DNA from: a virus
Lineage: Duplodnaviria; Caudoviricetes
Direction: 5' to 3' (one strand)
IMG/VR virus record: IMGVR_UViG_3300022177_000003
Coordinates: 1 to 43,406 of that record
Length of the DNA stretch: 43,406 bases
This document shows positions 8,335 through 18,296 of the stretch, one piece after another; within the stretch, counting starts at the first letter, position 1; the number at the start of each line of letters is the position of its first letter. Below the pieces are notes generated by a model. The model saw nothing but the letters and a program-made list of their open reading frames with translations. It had not been told where the DNA came from and searched no databases. The translations under genes were made by a program, and so were the position numbers.

Positions 8335-9471
8335 ATGAATACAGGGTGCACAATAGTCGACTTGTTCTGCGGCTGCGGCGGATTCACCCTCGGTGCCGAA
8401 TTGGCCGGGTTTCATTCGCTGGCGGCGATCGATGTGGATCCGGTCCTTCAATCTGCATACCGCCTCAACTTTCCTCGGACAAAAGCGATCCAGGGAAGTG
8501 TAGCCGACCTGAATGCTTCCGCTTGGCGGCATTTTCTCGGCAACACATCACCGGACGGCGTGATCGGCGGCCCCCCCTGCCAGGGATTCAGCCGCATTGG
8601 AAAACGACGGAAAGACGACCCGAGAAACAGTTTGGTTCACCACTTTTTCAGGCAAGTGCTTTCACTGTGCCCGAAATTCTTCATCATGGAAAACGTGGAG
8701 GGCCTGCTCGATGCCGAAAACGTGGGCATCCTTCAAAGCGGAATTGATCTGGTCGCGAAACGCTATCGAGTATGCCCTCCCACCATCGTGAACGCCGCTG
8801 ATTTCGGAGCCGCAACGAATAGACATCGCGTGGTGGTACTCGGCTACGACCCGAAGCGCATGGAAGCCGTATCCATAAACGATTTTCTCGACTCGCCAGT
8901 CACATGCTCGTCGACCGTTCGAGACGCTATAGCGGATCTCCCCTCCCCGATTCCGGACATGAAGACCCCCGACGACTTTGGGTGGGCTTCCTATCCCGAC
9001 ACAGACGCTTCCCAACTTTCGGCCTACGCGGTACGGCTCAGAAGCCTTCCTCCGGACGGGCTCGGCTGGGCCGAGGCCGTAGCGAGATTTCAGACCGGAA
9101 TGGTTTCCGGATTGTTTTCGACCAAACACGGTAGCGACGTTTCCAAACGTTATGCCGATATTCTTCCTGGGAAAAGCGATCCCGTGAGCAGATCGCAGAA
9201 ACTGGCATGGGACGGCCTCAGCCCCACTTTGCGGGCTGGGACGGGAAGAGACAAAGGAGCTTTCCAAGCCGTTCGCCCTCTACATCCGGCGGAAGGGCGG
9301 GTCATTACCGTCCGCGAGGCAGCCAGATTGCAAGGCTTTCCCGATTGGTTCGTCTTTCATCCCACCAAGTGGCACAGTTTCCGCATGATTGGGAACAGCG
9401 TTTCACCTTTCGTTTCGTATTCGATCCTTAGGCACCTGAGCGCGAAACTCGCGCTCCCTCTTGCCGCCTGA
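8335..9471 (+). CDS. DNA (cytosine-5)-methyltransferase
   Basis: DLFCGCGG, GPPCQGFS, ENV, ITVREAARLQGFPD, IGNSVSP motifs. Confidence 0.96.
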   Translation: MNTGCTIVDLFCGCGGFTLGAELAGFHSLAAIDVDPVLQSAYRLNFPRTKAIQGSVADLNASAWRHFLGNTSPDGVIGGPPCQGFSRIGKRRKDDPRNSLVHHFFRQVLSLCPKFFIMENVEGLLDAENVGILQSGIDLVAKRYRVCPPTIVNAADFGAATNRHRVVVLGYDPKRMEAVSINDFLDSPVTCSSTVRDAIADLPSPIPDMKTPDDFGWASYPDTDASQLSAYAVRLRSLPPDGLGWAEAVARFQTGMVSGLFSTKHGSDVSKRYADILPGKSDPVSRSQKLAWDGLSPTLRAGTGRDKGAFQAVRPLHPAEGRVITVREAARLQGFPDWFVFHPTKWHSFRMIGNSVSPFVSYSILRHLSAKLALPLAA

Positions 9472-9510
9472 TTCTCTATCGGGTAAACGTTCATACCGAA
9501 CCAGGGGGGT

Positions 9511-11232
9511 ATGAGCGTGGCGAAAAAGAAAAGCAGTTCGTTCTTCGTCGATACGCGGCCGAACAAAAAGCTCGTCGTAGATGGTCTCACGCGCGACCTC
9601 AGCACCGAGGCCTGCATCTTCGATCTTATCGATAACTCAGTCGATGCAGCTCGGGAAACAATATTAAAAAGACCTGAAGGCGACGATAGAGAAAACAGGC
9701 CGGAACTTCCGTTCTCCGGTTTCGCCATCAAACTCGAATTCGATGGAAACGGTCTGCGGATCGAAGATAACTGTGGCGGAATTCCTGTGAAACAGCTCAA
9801 GCAGATGGTGTTTCGTATTGGTCAGCCTTCACGGCACGCCAACGGAATAGGAGCGTTCGGAATCGGCCTGAATCGAGCGCTCTTTAAGCTAGGAAAAATA
9901 AGCAATCTCATGACGGATACGGGGGCAGAACGAGCCCACTTGCTTCTCAATGTTGAAGAATACCTCAAAAGCGAAAAATGGTCATTGCCAGCTCTGCAGT
10001 TCCCAACGAGCGGAGAAATAGGGACTAAAATTGAAATTAGCGGACCGGCTGAGGAGATTTCCAAATCATTTTCAGATGATAAATTTATCAATAAGATTCA
10101 AGGATCGATCGGATTAATTTACGGACGTTTTATCGATGCTGGGCTTTCAATTGAAGTTAACAACCATGTCATCGAAAACAAGACAATTGGGATTCGTGAA
10201 AACAGCCTTTTTCAACCAGAATACCAATTTTTCAAGACAAATGATAATGTATCAATTTATATAGAATGTGGACAGCACATAAAACATCATTTTTCAAATG
10301 AAGAAGGATATGACAGGGAAGTAAATAGCACATTAACACAGGAATATGGATGGACTGTTTTGTGTAATGATAGAGCTATTGTGTTTTCAGATCAAACCAC
10401 TAAGACAGGCTGGGGTTTAAAATTTCACTCTGAATTTTATGGCTTTGTTGGAAAAGTAAATTTTAAATGCGAAGACCCATCATTGTTGCCATGGAATACA
10501 GCAAAAACAGATATTGATCTAAACAATAAAGCCTACCAGTTTGCGCTAGATGAAATGCGAAAATTCACTGCAAAATGGAGATCTTTTGCTAATAAGTTGA
10601 AGATAGCAAAACGGTCTGGTGAAGAATTTAAACCACTGCCAAAGCCTTTAAACAAAAAAGTTCGTCATGACACAATTAGCATAAATCAACCCGTAGACAA
10701 TACAAATAAAAAGAAAATAAATAAAAACGCCCCGAAAGAAGATCATAATGAATATACGACAGTATTGCCACAAGACATAGCTGAAAATAAATGTAAAGAT
10801 AAGCTGTTATCCCTTGTACACGAAGCAAAAGAAATTGATATCATGCAGTTTTCATACGCATCTATGGCCTTAACGCGCATATTATACGAAACATCTGTAA
10901 TCGATTATTTGACCAGGCACGGATTTTTCAAAAAACTTAAAGATTATTGCATCGCTTCCCGCGAACAAAAAAAATGTTCACCACTAAATGAAAAAGAAAA
11001 AGGTAACTTGAATCCGAAAATGGAAGAATTAAATTCTTTTATTGAAAAAAACTCAGATGTATTCGGCGTAGAATGTAATGCACACATAAAAACAAGCCAT
11101 CGCAGAGTAGCTTATCACATGCCAATGCTAAATGGAGTAATGCATAACCACGTTCAAACAATTAGCCGCTTTAAAGCGCTTGAAATCCGCGATGAACTTT
11201 TACCAGTCCTCAGACATTTTATTGAAGAATAA
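9511..11232 (+). CDS. GHKL/MORC-type ATPase with uncharacterised C-terminal helical domain
   Basis: DLIDNSVDA, IEDNCGGIP, IGAFGIGL and GTKI GHKL motifs; AT-rich. Confidence 0.85.
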   Translation: MSVAKKKSSSFFVDTRPNKKLVVDGLTRDLSTEACIFDLIDNSVDAARETILKRPEGDDRENRPELPFSGFAIKLEFDGNGLRIEDNCGGIPVKQLKQMVFRIGQPSRHANGIGAFGIGLNRALFKLGKISNLMTDTGAERAHLLLNVEEYLKSEKWSLPALQFPTSGEIGTKIEISGPAEEISKSFSDDKFINKIQGSIGLIYGRFIDAGLSIEVNNHVIENKTIGIRENSLFQPEYQFFKTNDNVSIYIECGQHIKHHFSNEEGYDREVNSTLTQEYGWTVLCNDRAIVFSDQTTKTGWGLKFHSEFYGFVGKVNFKCEDPSLLPWNTAKTDIDLNNKAYQFALDEMRKFTAKWRSFANKLKIAKRSGEEFKPLPKPLNKKVRHDTISINQPVDNTNKKKINKNAPKEDHNEYTTVLPQDIAENKCKDKLLSLVHEAKEIDIMQFSYASMALTRILYETSVIDYLTRHGFFKKLKDYCIASREQKKCSPLNEKEKGNLNPKMEELNSFIEKNSDVFGVECNAHIKTSHRRVAYHMPMLNGVMHNHVQTISRFKALEIRDELLPVLRHFIEE

Positions 11233-11243
11233 TACGGTTATTC

Positions 11244-11681
11244 ATGATGGATATCGTCTCGCCTGAGCGAAGAAGTCAAATAATGAGGGCGATATGTCGG
11301 GAGAATACCGCACCGGAAATGCTGGTAAGAAAAGCGGCTCACCGGCTCGGCCTACGTTTTCGCCTGCACGTGAAGCCGTTGCCGGGACGGCCGGATTTGG
11401 TACTGCCGAAATGGCGGACGGTGATTTTCGTCAACGGCTGTTTCTGGCATCGCCATCCAGGCTGTAAAAGAACAACAATTCCGAAATCCAACACGGAATT
11501 TTGGCAGCGCAAGTTCGCTGCAAACGTACAGAGGGATCAGATCAATTACGCTCGGCTCGAAGAATCTGGTTGGCGCGTTTTGATCGTCTGGCAATGTCAA
11601 ATCCGCTCCGTCGAAGATGCCATGAATATTTTGAAGCCCTATTTCCAATGTTCCAAGCAGAAAAGTTTGAACAACAAATAG
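11244..11681 (+). CDS. vsr: Very-short-patch repair endonuclease
   Basis: MDIVSPERRSQIM, T.PE, LPGRPD, FVNGCFWH.H, GWRVLIVW motifs. Confidence 0.93.
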   Translation: MMDIVSPERRSQIMRAICRENTAPEMLVRKAAHRLGLRFRLHVKPLPGRPDLVLPKWRTVIFVNGCFWHRHPGCKRTTIPKSNTEFWQRKFAANVQRDQINYARLEESGWRVLIVWQCQIRSVEDAMNILKPYFQCSKQKSLNNK

Positions 11682-11689
11682 GAGCTGTC

Positions 11690-12505
11690 ATGAAATTATG
11701 CTACATTGACGAAAGCGGAACGGGAGATGAACCGTACGCAGTTATGGTCGGCATAATCATCGACTCATACCGAATGCGCCCGACGAAAACTGCATGGAGC
11801 AACGTCTTAAGAACGTTGAGCACAGATGTCGGTAGAACAATCGAAGAGATTCATACTCGCGACTTCTATTCGGGGAACGGTCCATGGCGGGGAATCGACG
11901 GAAGGGAACGAGCCAGAATCATAGGAGCCATTTTTGACTGGATTGAAGAAAGAAAGCATGAGATCGTCTTTTGTTCAATTGATAAGGAGAAATTCAACGA
12001 TGAATTTCCCGGCACAGATAGATACAACGATATTAAAACAATATGGAGAATGCTCGGATTGCACCTTGTCCTATGCCTTCAAAAACACCATCAAAAGTGC
12101 TCAAAGAATAAAGGCAACACGGTATTGATCTTCGACAACGAAGAAACGGAAAGATTGCATTTCACCGATTTGATCCTAAATCCTCCTGACTGGACGGATA
12201 GTTACTATTCCCGCGGGAAGAAGCAGGAAAAATTGGATCAGATCATCGACGTCCCGCATTTCGCGGATTCCAAGCATGTTCCGCTTTTACAAGTTGCAGA
12301 TTTTGTCGCTTATTTTTTGCGAAGATATGCTGAACTTGAAAATGGTGCTGCAGAACGCTACGCAGGAGAGCGCAATACCGTTGCATCCTGGGCTCAAAAA
12401 GCAAAGAGGCAAAGAATACCTATTGCGCGCATCTATCCGAGACGAAACAGATGTGAATGCGCCGAATTATTTTTCACTTACGCTCCGGAATGCTTAAAAA
12501 CGTAA
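11690..12505 (+). CDS. DUF3800-like protein (RNase H-like fold)
   Basis: MKLCYIDESG, EIH, IFD, S...LLQVADFVAY pattern; GGAG RBS. Confidence 0.8.
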   Translation: MKLCYIDESGTGDEPYAVMVGIIIDSYRMRPTKTAWSNVLRTLSTDVGRTIEEIHTRDFYSGNGPWRGIDGRERARIIGAIFDWIEERKHEIVFCSIDKEKFNDEFPGTDRYNDIKTIWRMLGLHLVLCLQKHHQKCSKNKGNTVLIFDNEETERLHFTDLILNPPDWTDSYYSRGKKQEKLDQIIDVPHFADSKHVPLLQVADFVAYFLRRYAELENGAAERYAGERNTVASWAQKAKRQRIPIARIYPRRNRCECAELFFTYAPECLKT

Positions 12506-12517
12506 GCCCCCCCCTGC

Positions 12518-12558
12518 CATCTGTCCCCGCTAATCTGATCCGCGTTCCGCGCTATCCC
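12518..12558 (+). promoter_or_regulatory. Putative activator-dependent late promoter (Plys-like)
   Basis: CATCTGTCC-N16-CGTTCCG-N3-TATCCC; same spacing as the copy at 21222. Confidence 0.7.
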
Positions 12559-12604
12559 GAAGCCTGCTGAAGCGCCCGCACCCTGCGGTCGTAAAGGAGG
12601 CTTC

Positions 12605-12928
12605 ATGTCCCGACGTTTCCGCGACATCGTGCGCGCGCGGCCGCCGCGCATGTCCACCTTTCTCGTCCTGGCCGTGGTCCTCGCGCCTCTGGTTTGGGCT
12701 TACGGCCCGGAGGGCTCCGGCCCCCGCAACCTCGTGCTCGGAGCCTGGAAGCTCTGGATCGTATCCTGGGCCGCTTTCGTGGGCTACTGGATCGACCGAG
12801 CCCTGTTCCATTACGCCCGTCCCGAGAAGTACGAAACGGGCGGCTTGTTCCTGCTCTTCGGCGTGGCCCAGCTGCGCCGGGCCGTCATCGTCGGGGCCGT
12901 GATCCTGGCGGCGGGGTTGGCCCTGTGA
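12605..12928 (+). CDS. Putative holin
   Basis: 107 aa with about 3 TM segments, GYWIDRALF.YARP and RRAVIV motifs; precedes the endolysin. Confidence 0.8.
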   Translation: MSRRFRDIVRARPPRMSTFLVLAVVLAPLVWAYGPEGSGPRNLVLGAWKLWIVSWAAFVGYWIDRALFHYARPEKYETGGLFLLFGVAQLRRAVIVGAVILAAGLAL

Positions 12929-13578
12929 GTGCCGTCCGCGCCTCGGCGGCCCGCGTGCTTACGGCGGTGATCCTGGCGGTCGCCCTGGTCGGCGCGATCC
13001 TGCCGGAGGCGCTCAGGGCCGAGAGCGTTCCCCGCAGGGCCGAGGCCCACCGTCGCGACCTGCTACGCGCCGCGCGTTACGTTTTCGGTCCCGGCGCTCC
13101 GGTTGCCGTGCTGGCCGCCCAGGTCCACGCAGAGTCCGCCTGGAATCACCGGGCGCGCTCGACCCACGCCGACGGCCTGGCCCAGTTCACTCCGGCCACG
13201 GCCGCCTGGATCGCCGAGACGTACCCCGGCGAGTTGGCCGAGGCCGCGCCGCTCAACCCCGTATGGGCCTTGCTGGCACTCTGCCGTTACGACCGCCATC
13301 TGTACGACCGCATGCCCGGGAGATCGTCCTGGGAACGCTGGGCCTTCACCATGGCCGCTTACAACGGCGGGCCTGGTTGGATTCCCCGTGACCGAGCCTT
13401 GGCCGCACGCTGCGGCGCAGACCCGAACCGCTGGTTCGGACAGGTGGAGGGCTTCAGTTCCCGATCCGAGGCCGCGTTCCGGGAAAACCGCGCCTATCCC
13501 CGGCGAATCCTGATCGCGCTCCAGCCCCTCTACCGAAGTTGGGGCCCGGGCGTGGCCCCCGAGGAGGCCCTGCCGTGA
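12925..13578 (+). CDS. Lytic transglycosylase (SLT) endolysin
   Basis: QVHAES, GLAQF and AYNGG motifs; N-terminal hydrophobic segment. Confidence 0.9.
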   Translation: MSAVRASAARVLTAVILAVALVGAILPEALRAESVPRRAEAHRRDLLRAARYVFGPGAPVAVLAAQVHAESAWNHRARSTHADGLAQFTPATAAWIAETYPGELAEAAPLNPVWALLALCRYDRHLYDRMPGRSSWERWAFTMAAYNGGPGWIPRDRALAARCGADPNRWFGQVEGFSSRSEAAFRENRAYPRRILIALQPLYRSWGPGVAPEEALP

Positions 13579-14225
13579 TGGACCCCGTCGCGCTTCTGAA
13601 CGCCCCCTGGAAACGTGCGGCCCTGGCTCTCGGGCTGATCGCGGCGCTGCTCGTCGTCGCCGCCCTGGCCGCATGGCGCGGCTACGGCTTCGGCCGCGAA
13701 ACGGCCGAAGCCGAGGGCCGGGCCGCCCTGGCCGAATACGAGGCCCGGGTGGCCGAGGCCGGGCGTCTGGCCTCGGACCTGGCCCGCCGCATCCTGGACG
13801 CGGAGATCGCCCGCCGGGACGACCTGGAACGCGATCTGAGGGCCGCCCTGAAAACCGTTGCGGCCCAGCGCCGCGCCCTGACCAAGAAGGAGATCGCCCA
13901 TGCCTCGCTCGACGTGGCCGTTGCTGACGGCCTTGTGCTGCTCGGTCCTGATTGGCTGCGCCTCTACAACCGTGCCCTCGGTCTCGGCGACCGCGCAGGT
14001 CTGCCCGGCGCCGCCGCCCGCCCTGACGGAGATGCCGGACAGGCCGGCGCCGCTGAGTCCGGGATACTACGAACAGGCGGCGGAGTGACGCTGCGGGACG
14101 TCCTGGCTCACGCCCGCGACGTGGGCCGCTACATGGGGGAACTGCGTGCCCGCTATCGGGCCCTCGTGCGTTGGGCCGAGGGCCTGCCGCGTACGATGGA
14201 AGAGGAGCGCCGACCGTGGAACTGA
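13578..14225 (+). CDS. Rz-like inner-membrane spanin
   Basis: N-terminal TM plus coiled coil after the endolysin. Confidence 0.75.
   Translation: MDPVALLNAPWKRAALALGLIAALLVVAALAAWRGYGFGRETAEAEGRAALAEYEARVAEAGRLASDLARRILDAEIARRDDLERDLRAALKTVAAQRRALTKKEIAHASLDVAVADGLVLLGPDWLRLYNRALGLGDRAGLPGAAARPDGDAGQAGAAESGILRTGGGVTLRDVLAHARDVGRYMGELRARYRALVRWAEGLPRTMEEERRPWN
13900..14088 (+). CDS. Rz1-like outer-membrane lipoprotein spanin, embedded in Rz
   Basis: AAGGAG RBS, lipobox LIGC, Pro-rich CPAPPP; alternative frame inside Rz. Confidence 0.78.
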   Translation: MPRSTWPLLTALCCSVLIGCASTTVPSVSATAQVCPAPPPALTEMPDRPAPLSPGYYEQAAE

Positions 14226-14536
14226 CATTCACCCCTTGGCAGTTGCTCTCCCTGGCCGTCTCGCTCCTTCTGGCTTTTTTCGGTTTCGCGGCCGGAACCT
14301 GGAAGGTTGTCTCCCGCCTCCAGGCCGCCGACACCGCCGCCGCACGGGAGGCCGCCCGGTCCGCCCTGACCCGCGTCGAGGAGGTGGAGAAGGACGTGCT
14401 CAGGCTCAAGGCCGACCTGCCCCTGGACTACGTGCGCCGCGACGACTGGATTCGCAACCAAACCGTGATCGAGGCCAAGCTGGACGGCCTCGCCGGAAAG
14501 CTGGAAGCCCTCAAGGAGGCGCGGAATGGCTGTTGA
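14216..14536 (+). CDS. Mu gp25-like membrane/coiled-coil protein
   Basis: N-terminal TM; LPLDYVRRDDW; synteny. Confidence 0.65.
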   Translation: MELTFTPWQLLSLAVSLLLAFFGFAAGTWKVVSRLQAADTAAAREAARSALTRVEEVEKDVLRLKADLPLDYVRRDDWIRNQTVIEAKLDGLAGKLEALKEARNGC

Positions 14537-14837
14537 CCCCGCCAAGGCCCGCCGCGAGCATATGCGGTGGGTCCTCATCCTGACGCTGAACAACGCCCGG
14601 CCCGTGGGCTGCTTCGAGGAGGTCGCCCTGGCCACTGTGCAAGGCGTCTATCCCGACGCCACTCAGATGGAACTCCGCCGCGAACTCGATTACCTGGCCG
14701 ACCGCCGCCTGGTGGACCTGGACAAGCAGCCCGACGGGCGTTGGTTCGCGGAGCTGAACCGCCACGGCGTGGATCTGGCCGAGTACACCGTTGACTGCGA
14801 ACCGGGCATCGCCCGCCCGACCAAGTACTGGGGCTGA
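14526..14837 (+). CDS. Mu gp26-like winged-helix protein
   Basis: RRELDYLADRRLV...GVDLAE...PGIARP; synteny. Confidence 0.7.
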   Translation: MAVDPAKARREHMRWVLILTLNNARPVGCFEEVALATVQGVYPDATQMELRRELDYLADRRLVDLDKQPDGRWFAELNRHGVDLAEYTVDCEPGIARPTKYWG

Positions 14838-14839
14838 CC

Positions 14840-15385
14840 ATGCCCAGACGTCCCGCCGTCCACGCGCTGCCGCCCGAGGTCAAGGCCTGGCTGGACGAAG
14901 CCCTGGCCGGAAAAGGTTTCCAGGGATATCGTCTCCTGGAGGAAGAACTGCTCCGCCGGGGATGGGAGATTTCCAAGTCGAGCCTCCAGCGCTACGGCAA
15001 ATCCTTCGAGGAGCGTCTGAAGGCTCTCAAGCTGGCCAGCGAACAGGCCAAGGCCATCGTGGAGGCCGCCCCGGACGAGGAGGGAGCCGTGAACGAAGCC
15101 CTCACCCGTCTGGTCCAGGAAAAGCTCTTCACCGTGCTCCAGGATATCCAGGTGGACCCCGAGCATCTCAATCTCGCCGGTCTCACCCGATCCGTGGCCG
15201 AGCTCTGCCGTTCCTCCGTGGCCCAGAAGCGCTGGCGCGCCGAGGCCCTGGAGCGGGCCCGCCGCGAGGCCGAGGCCAAGCTGGAGCGCTCCGTGGCCGA
15301 GGCCGGAGAGGCCGCCCGGCGCGAACGTCTCTCGCCCGTCGAGGTTCTGGAGCGGGTCAAGGCCGTCTATCGAGGCGAAGCGTGA
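14840..15385 (+). CDS. Terminase small subunit (Mu gp27/DUF3486-like)
   Basis: MPRR..V..LP.EV and ISKSSLQRYG motifs; precedes TerL. Confidence 0.82.
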   Translation: MPRRPAVHALPPEVKAWLDEALAGKGFQGYRLLEEELLRRGWEISKSSLQRYGKSFEERLKALKLASEQAKAIVEAAPDEEGAVNEALTRLVQEKLFTVLQDIQVDPEHLNLAGLTRSVAELCRSSVAQKRWRAEALERARREAEAKLERSVAEAGEAARRERLSPVEVLERVKAVYRGEA

Positions 15386-16737
15386 GCGGCATCCTCCTGC
15401 CATATCAGCGTCGCTGGGTGGACGACAAAAGCCGATTCAAGATCGGCATGTTCGCCCGCCAGACCGGAAAGACCTTCTCCACGACCTACGAGATCGCCGA
15501 GGACGTGGTGGAGACCGACATCCTCGGGGGCCGGACGCGCTGGGTCATCCTTTCGCGCGGCGAGCGCCAGGCCCGGGAGGCCATGGACGAAGGGCTCAAG
15601 CTGCACCTCAAGGCCATGGGCGCGGCCTTCGAGTCCTTCGAGGACGACTCCTCCTGCCGCTTCGAGGACGGCGTGCGCATCAAGGCTCTGGAGGTGATTC
15701 TGCCCCACGGCTCCCGGATCACGGCCCTGCCCGCCAATCCGGACACCGCGCGCGGCTTCTCGGCCAACGTCTTTCTGGACGAATTCGCCTTCCACGCCGA
15801 CTCCCGCAAGATATGGGCCGCCCTGTTCCCGGTGATCTCCAGGCCCGGGCTCAAGCTGCGCGTCGTGTCCACGCCGAACGGCAAGGGCAACAAGTTTTAT
15901 GAACTCATGACCGGCAGGCGCGGCCATTGGAGCCGCCACGTGGTGGACATACGCCGGGCCGTGGCCGAGGGCCTGGAGCGCGACGTGGAGGAACTGCGCG
16001 AGGGCTGCGCCGACGAGGACGCCTGGCGCCAGGAATACGAGTTGCAATGGCTGGACGAGGCCGCGGCCTGGCTCTCCTTCGACCGCATCAACTCCTGCGA
16101 GCACGAACGCTCGGGATCGCCCGAGGGCTACCTGGGCGGTCCCTGTTTCGTGGGCGTGGACATCGCGGCCCGCTCCGACCTGTTCGTGATCTGGGTTCTG
16201 GAGGCCGTGGGCGACGTGCTTTGGACCCGCGAGATCACGGCCCGCCGGCGCGTCTCCTTCGCCGAGCAAGACCACCTGTTGAACGAGGTGTTCAAACGCT
16301 ACCGCGTGGCCGCCTGCCGCATGGATCAGACCGGCATGGGCGAGAAGCCCGTGGAGGACGCCCGCGCCCGCCACGGCTCGCTTCGGGTCCAGGGGGTGCT
16401 CTTCACCTCGACCTCCAAGCTCTACCTGGCCACCTTGGGCCGGGAAGCCTTCGAGGACCGCAAACTGCGCATTCCGGCCGGAGACGAGGTTCTGCGCGCC
16501 GACCTGCACAAGCTGCGCAAGGAGACGAGCCCCACGGGCGCGCCGCGCTTCGTGGCCGACTCCGACGGCGCGGGCCACGCCGACCGGGCCTGGGCCCTGT
16601 TCCTGGCCCTGGCCGCAGCCGACACCGGTCGGGAACGCTTCGGCTACATCCCCGTTCCCCGACGCGCCGGGCCGGACGGCGACGCCATGCACCGCGCGGT
16701 GCGCGTCACGGGCGGCTTCGGCCGGGGCATTCTCTAG
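15382..16737 (+). CDS. Terminase large subunit (Mu gp28-like)
   Basis: LLPYQ, ARQTGKT, LDEFAFH, STPNG, GVDIA and GHADRAWA motifs. Confidence 0.95.
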   Translation: MSGILLPYQRRWVDDKSRFKIGMFARQTGKTFSTTYEIAEDVVETDILGGRTRWVILSRGERQAREAMDEGLKLHLKAMGAAFESFEDDSSCRFEDGVRIKALEVILPHGSRITALPANPDTARGFSANVFLDEFAFHADSRKIWAALFPVISRPGLKLRVVSTPNGKGNKFYELMTGRRGHWSRHVVDIRRAVAEGLERDVEELREGCADEDAWRQEYELQWLDEAAAWLSFDRINSCEHERSGSPEGYLGGPCFVGVDIAARSDLFVIWVLEAVGDVLWTREITARRRVSFAEQDHLLNEVFKRYRVAACRMDQTGMGEKPVEDARARHGSLRVQGVLFTSTSKLYLATLGREAFEDRKLRIPAGDEVLRADLHKLRKETSPTGAPRFVADSDGAGHADRAWALFLALAAADTGRERFGYIPVPRRAGPDGDAMHRAVRVTGGFGRGIL

Positions 16738-16745
16738 GAGCACCC

Positions 16746-18296
16746 ATGAAGAACGTGACCCTGTTTGACCATCGGGGCGAGCCCATCCGCGTCAAGGATC
16801 TGCTGCGCGAACACGCCGCGCCCCAGCTCACCGGCGTGCGCCGGGCCTGGGACGCGGATTCCGTGTCCCGGGGCCTGACCCCGGACCGGCTGGCCCGCAT
16901 CCTGCGGGCGGCGGCCGAGGGCGACCTGCGGGAATACCTCATCCTGGCCGAGGAGATGGAGGAGCGCGACCCGCACTACGCCTCGGTGCTGGGCACGCGC
17001 AAGCGGGCCTGCACCGGCCTGCCGCCCACGGTGGAGGCCGCCAGCGACGAGACGCGCGACCAGGAGCTGGCCGACGCCGTGCGCGCCCTGGTGGCCGAGC
17101 CGGAGTTCACCGGCCTGCTCGCCGACCTGCTGGACGGCCTGGGCAAAGGCTTCGCGGCCTGCGAGATCGTCTGGGAACGCGGCAGCTCCCAATGGCGACC
17201 CAGGGCGTACGAGTGGCGCGACCCCAAGTTCTTCGTCTTCGACCGCGAGACCGGCCGGGAGCTGCGCCTGGCCGACATCGGCGCGCCGGACGGCCTGCCC
17301 CTGCCGCCCTACAAGTTCATCGTGCACGCGCCCAGGCTCAAGTCCGGCTTGGCCGCGCGCGGCGGCCTGGCCCGGCTGGCCGCCACGGCCTACATGTGCA
17401 AGGCCTACACCCTGGCGGACTGGCTGGCCTTCGCCGAGGTCTTCGGCATGCCCCTGCGCCTGGGCCGTTACGGGACCGGAGCCACACCGGAGGACATCGC
17501 CACCCTCGTATCGGCCGTGGCCAACCTGGGAACGGACGCGGCCGCCGTGCTGCCCGACACCATGCGCATCGACTTCCAGGAGGCGGGCAAGTCCACGGGC
17601 GGCCAGGACCTCTTCCAGCGCCTGGCCGACTGGCTGGACCGGCAGGTCTCCAAAGGTGTGCTCGGCCAGACCATGACCACGGACGACGGCAGCTCCCTGG
17701 GCCAGGCCAAGGTGCACAACGAGGTGCGTCTGGACATCCTGCGCGACGACGGGGCCCAGCTGGCCGCCACCATCAACCGCGACCTGGTGCGGGCCGTTGT
17801 CGACCTGAACTTCGGCCCCCCGCTTCACGGCCGCTATCCGCGCCTGGCCCTGCCCGTGCGTGAGCCCGAGGACATCGCGGCCCTGACCGACGCCCTGGCC
17901 AAGCTCTCGCCCCTGGGGCTCCGGGTGGAGGCGTCCGTGGCCCGCGACCGCCTGGGTTTCCCGGACCCGGCCGAGGGCGCGGAAGTCCTGGCCCCGGCCG
18001 CAGGCGAGGCCACGGTGCTCAACCGGGCCCGCCGCCCGGCGCTCAACCGGGCCGGATCGCCCGCCGGGGAAGACCTTCTGGCCGACCTCGCCGCCGAGGG
18101 GCTGGCCGAGTGGGAGCCCCAGATGGCCCCTATCCTGGACCCGCTGGAGGCCCTGGCCGCCAGGAGCGCCTCCTATGAGGAGTTTCTGGACGGGCTGCCC
18201 GGCCTGATCACAGAGATGGACCCGGAAGAGCTGGTCCGCCGCCTGGCCCGCGCGGCGTTCCTCTCCCGTGGGCTCGGCATGGCCGGAGACGATTGA
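16746..18296 (+). CDS. Portal protein (Mu gp29/DUF935-like)
   Basis: EMEERDPH, FGMPLRLGRY, LGQTMTT and VHNEVR motifs. Confidence 0.93.
   Translation: MKNVTLFDHRGEPIRVKDLLREHAAPQLTGVRRAWDADSVSRGLTPDRLARILRAAAEGDLREYLILAEEMEERDPHYASVLGTRKRACTGLPPTVEAASDETRDQELADAVRALVAEPEFTGLLADLLDGLGKGFAACEIVWERGSSQWRPRAYEWRDPKFFVFDRETGRELRLADIGAPDGLPLPPYKFIVHAPRLKSGLAARGGLARLAATAYMCKAYTLADWLAFAEVFGMPLRLGRYGTGATPEDIATLVSAVANLGTDAAAVLPDTMRIDFQEAGKSTGGQDLFQRLADWLDRQVSKGVLGQTMTTDDGSSLGQAKVHNEVRLDILRDDGAQLAATINRDLVRAVVDLNFGPPLHGRYPRLALPVREPEDIAALTDALAKLSPLGLRVEASVARDRLGFPDPAEGAEVLAPAAGEATVLNRARRPALNRAGSPAGEDLLADLAAEGLAEWEPQMAPILDPLEALAARSASYEEFLDGLPGLITEMDPEELVRRLARAAFLSRGLGMAGDD

Noticed and set aside
12506-12604. 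Structured RNA of the kind reported beside DUF3800 genes
   Set aside because: The short gap is accounted for by the late-promoter motif and holin RBS; no convincing fold.
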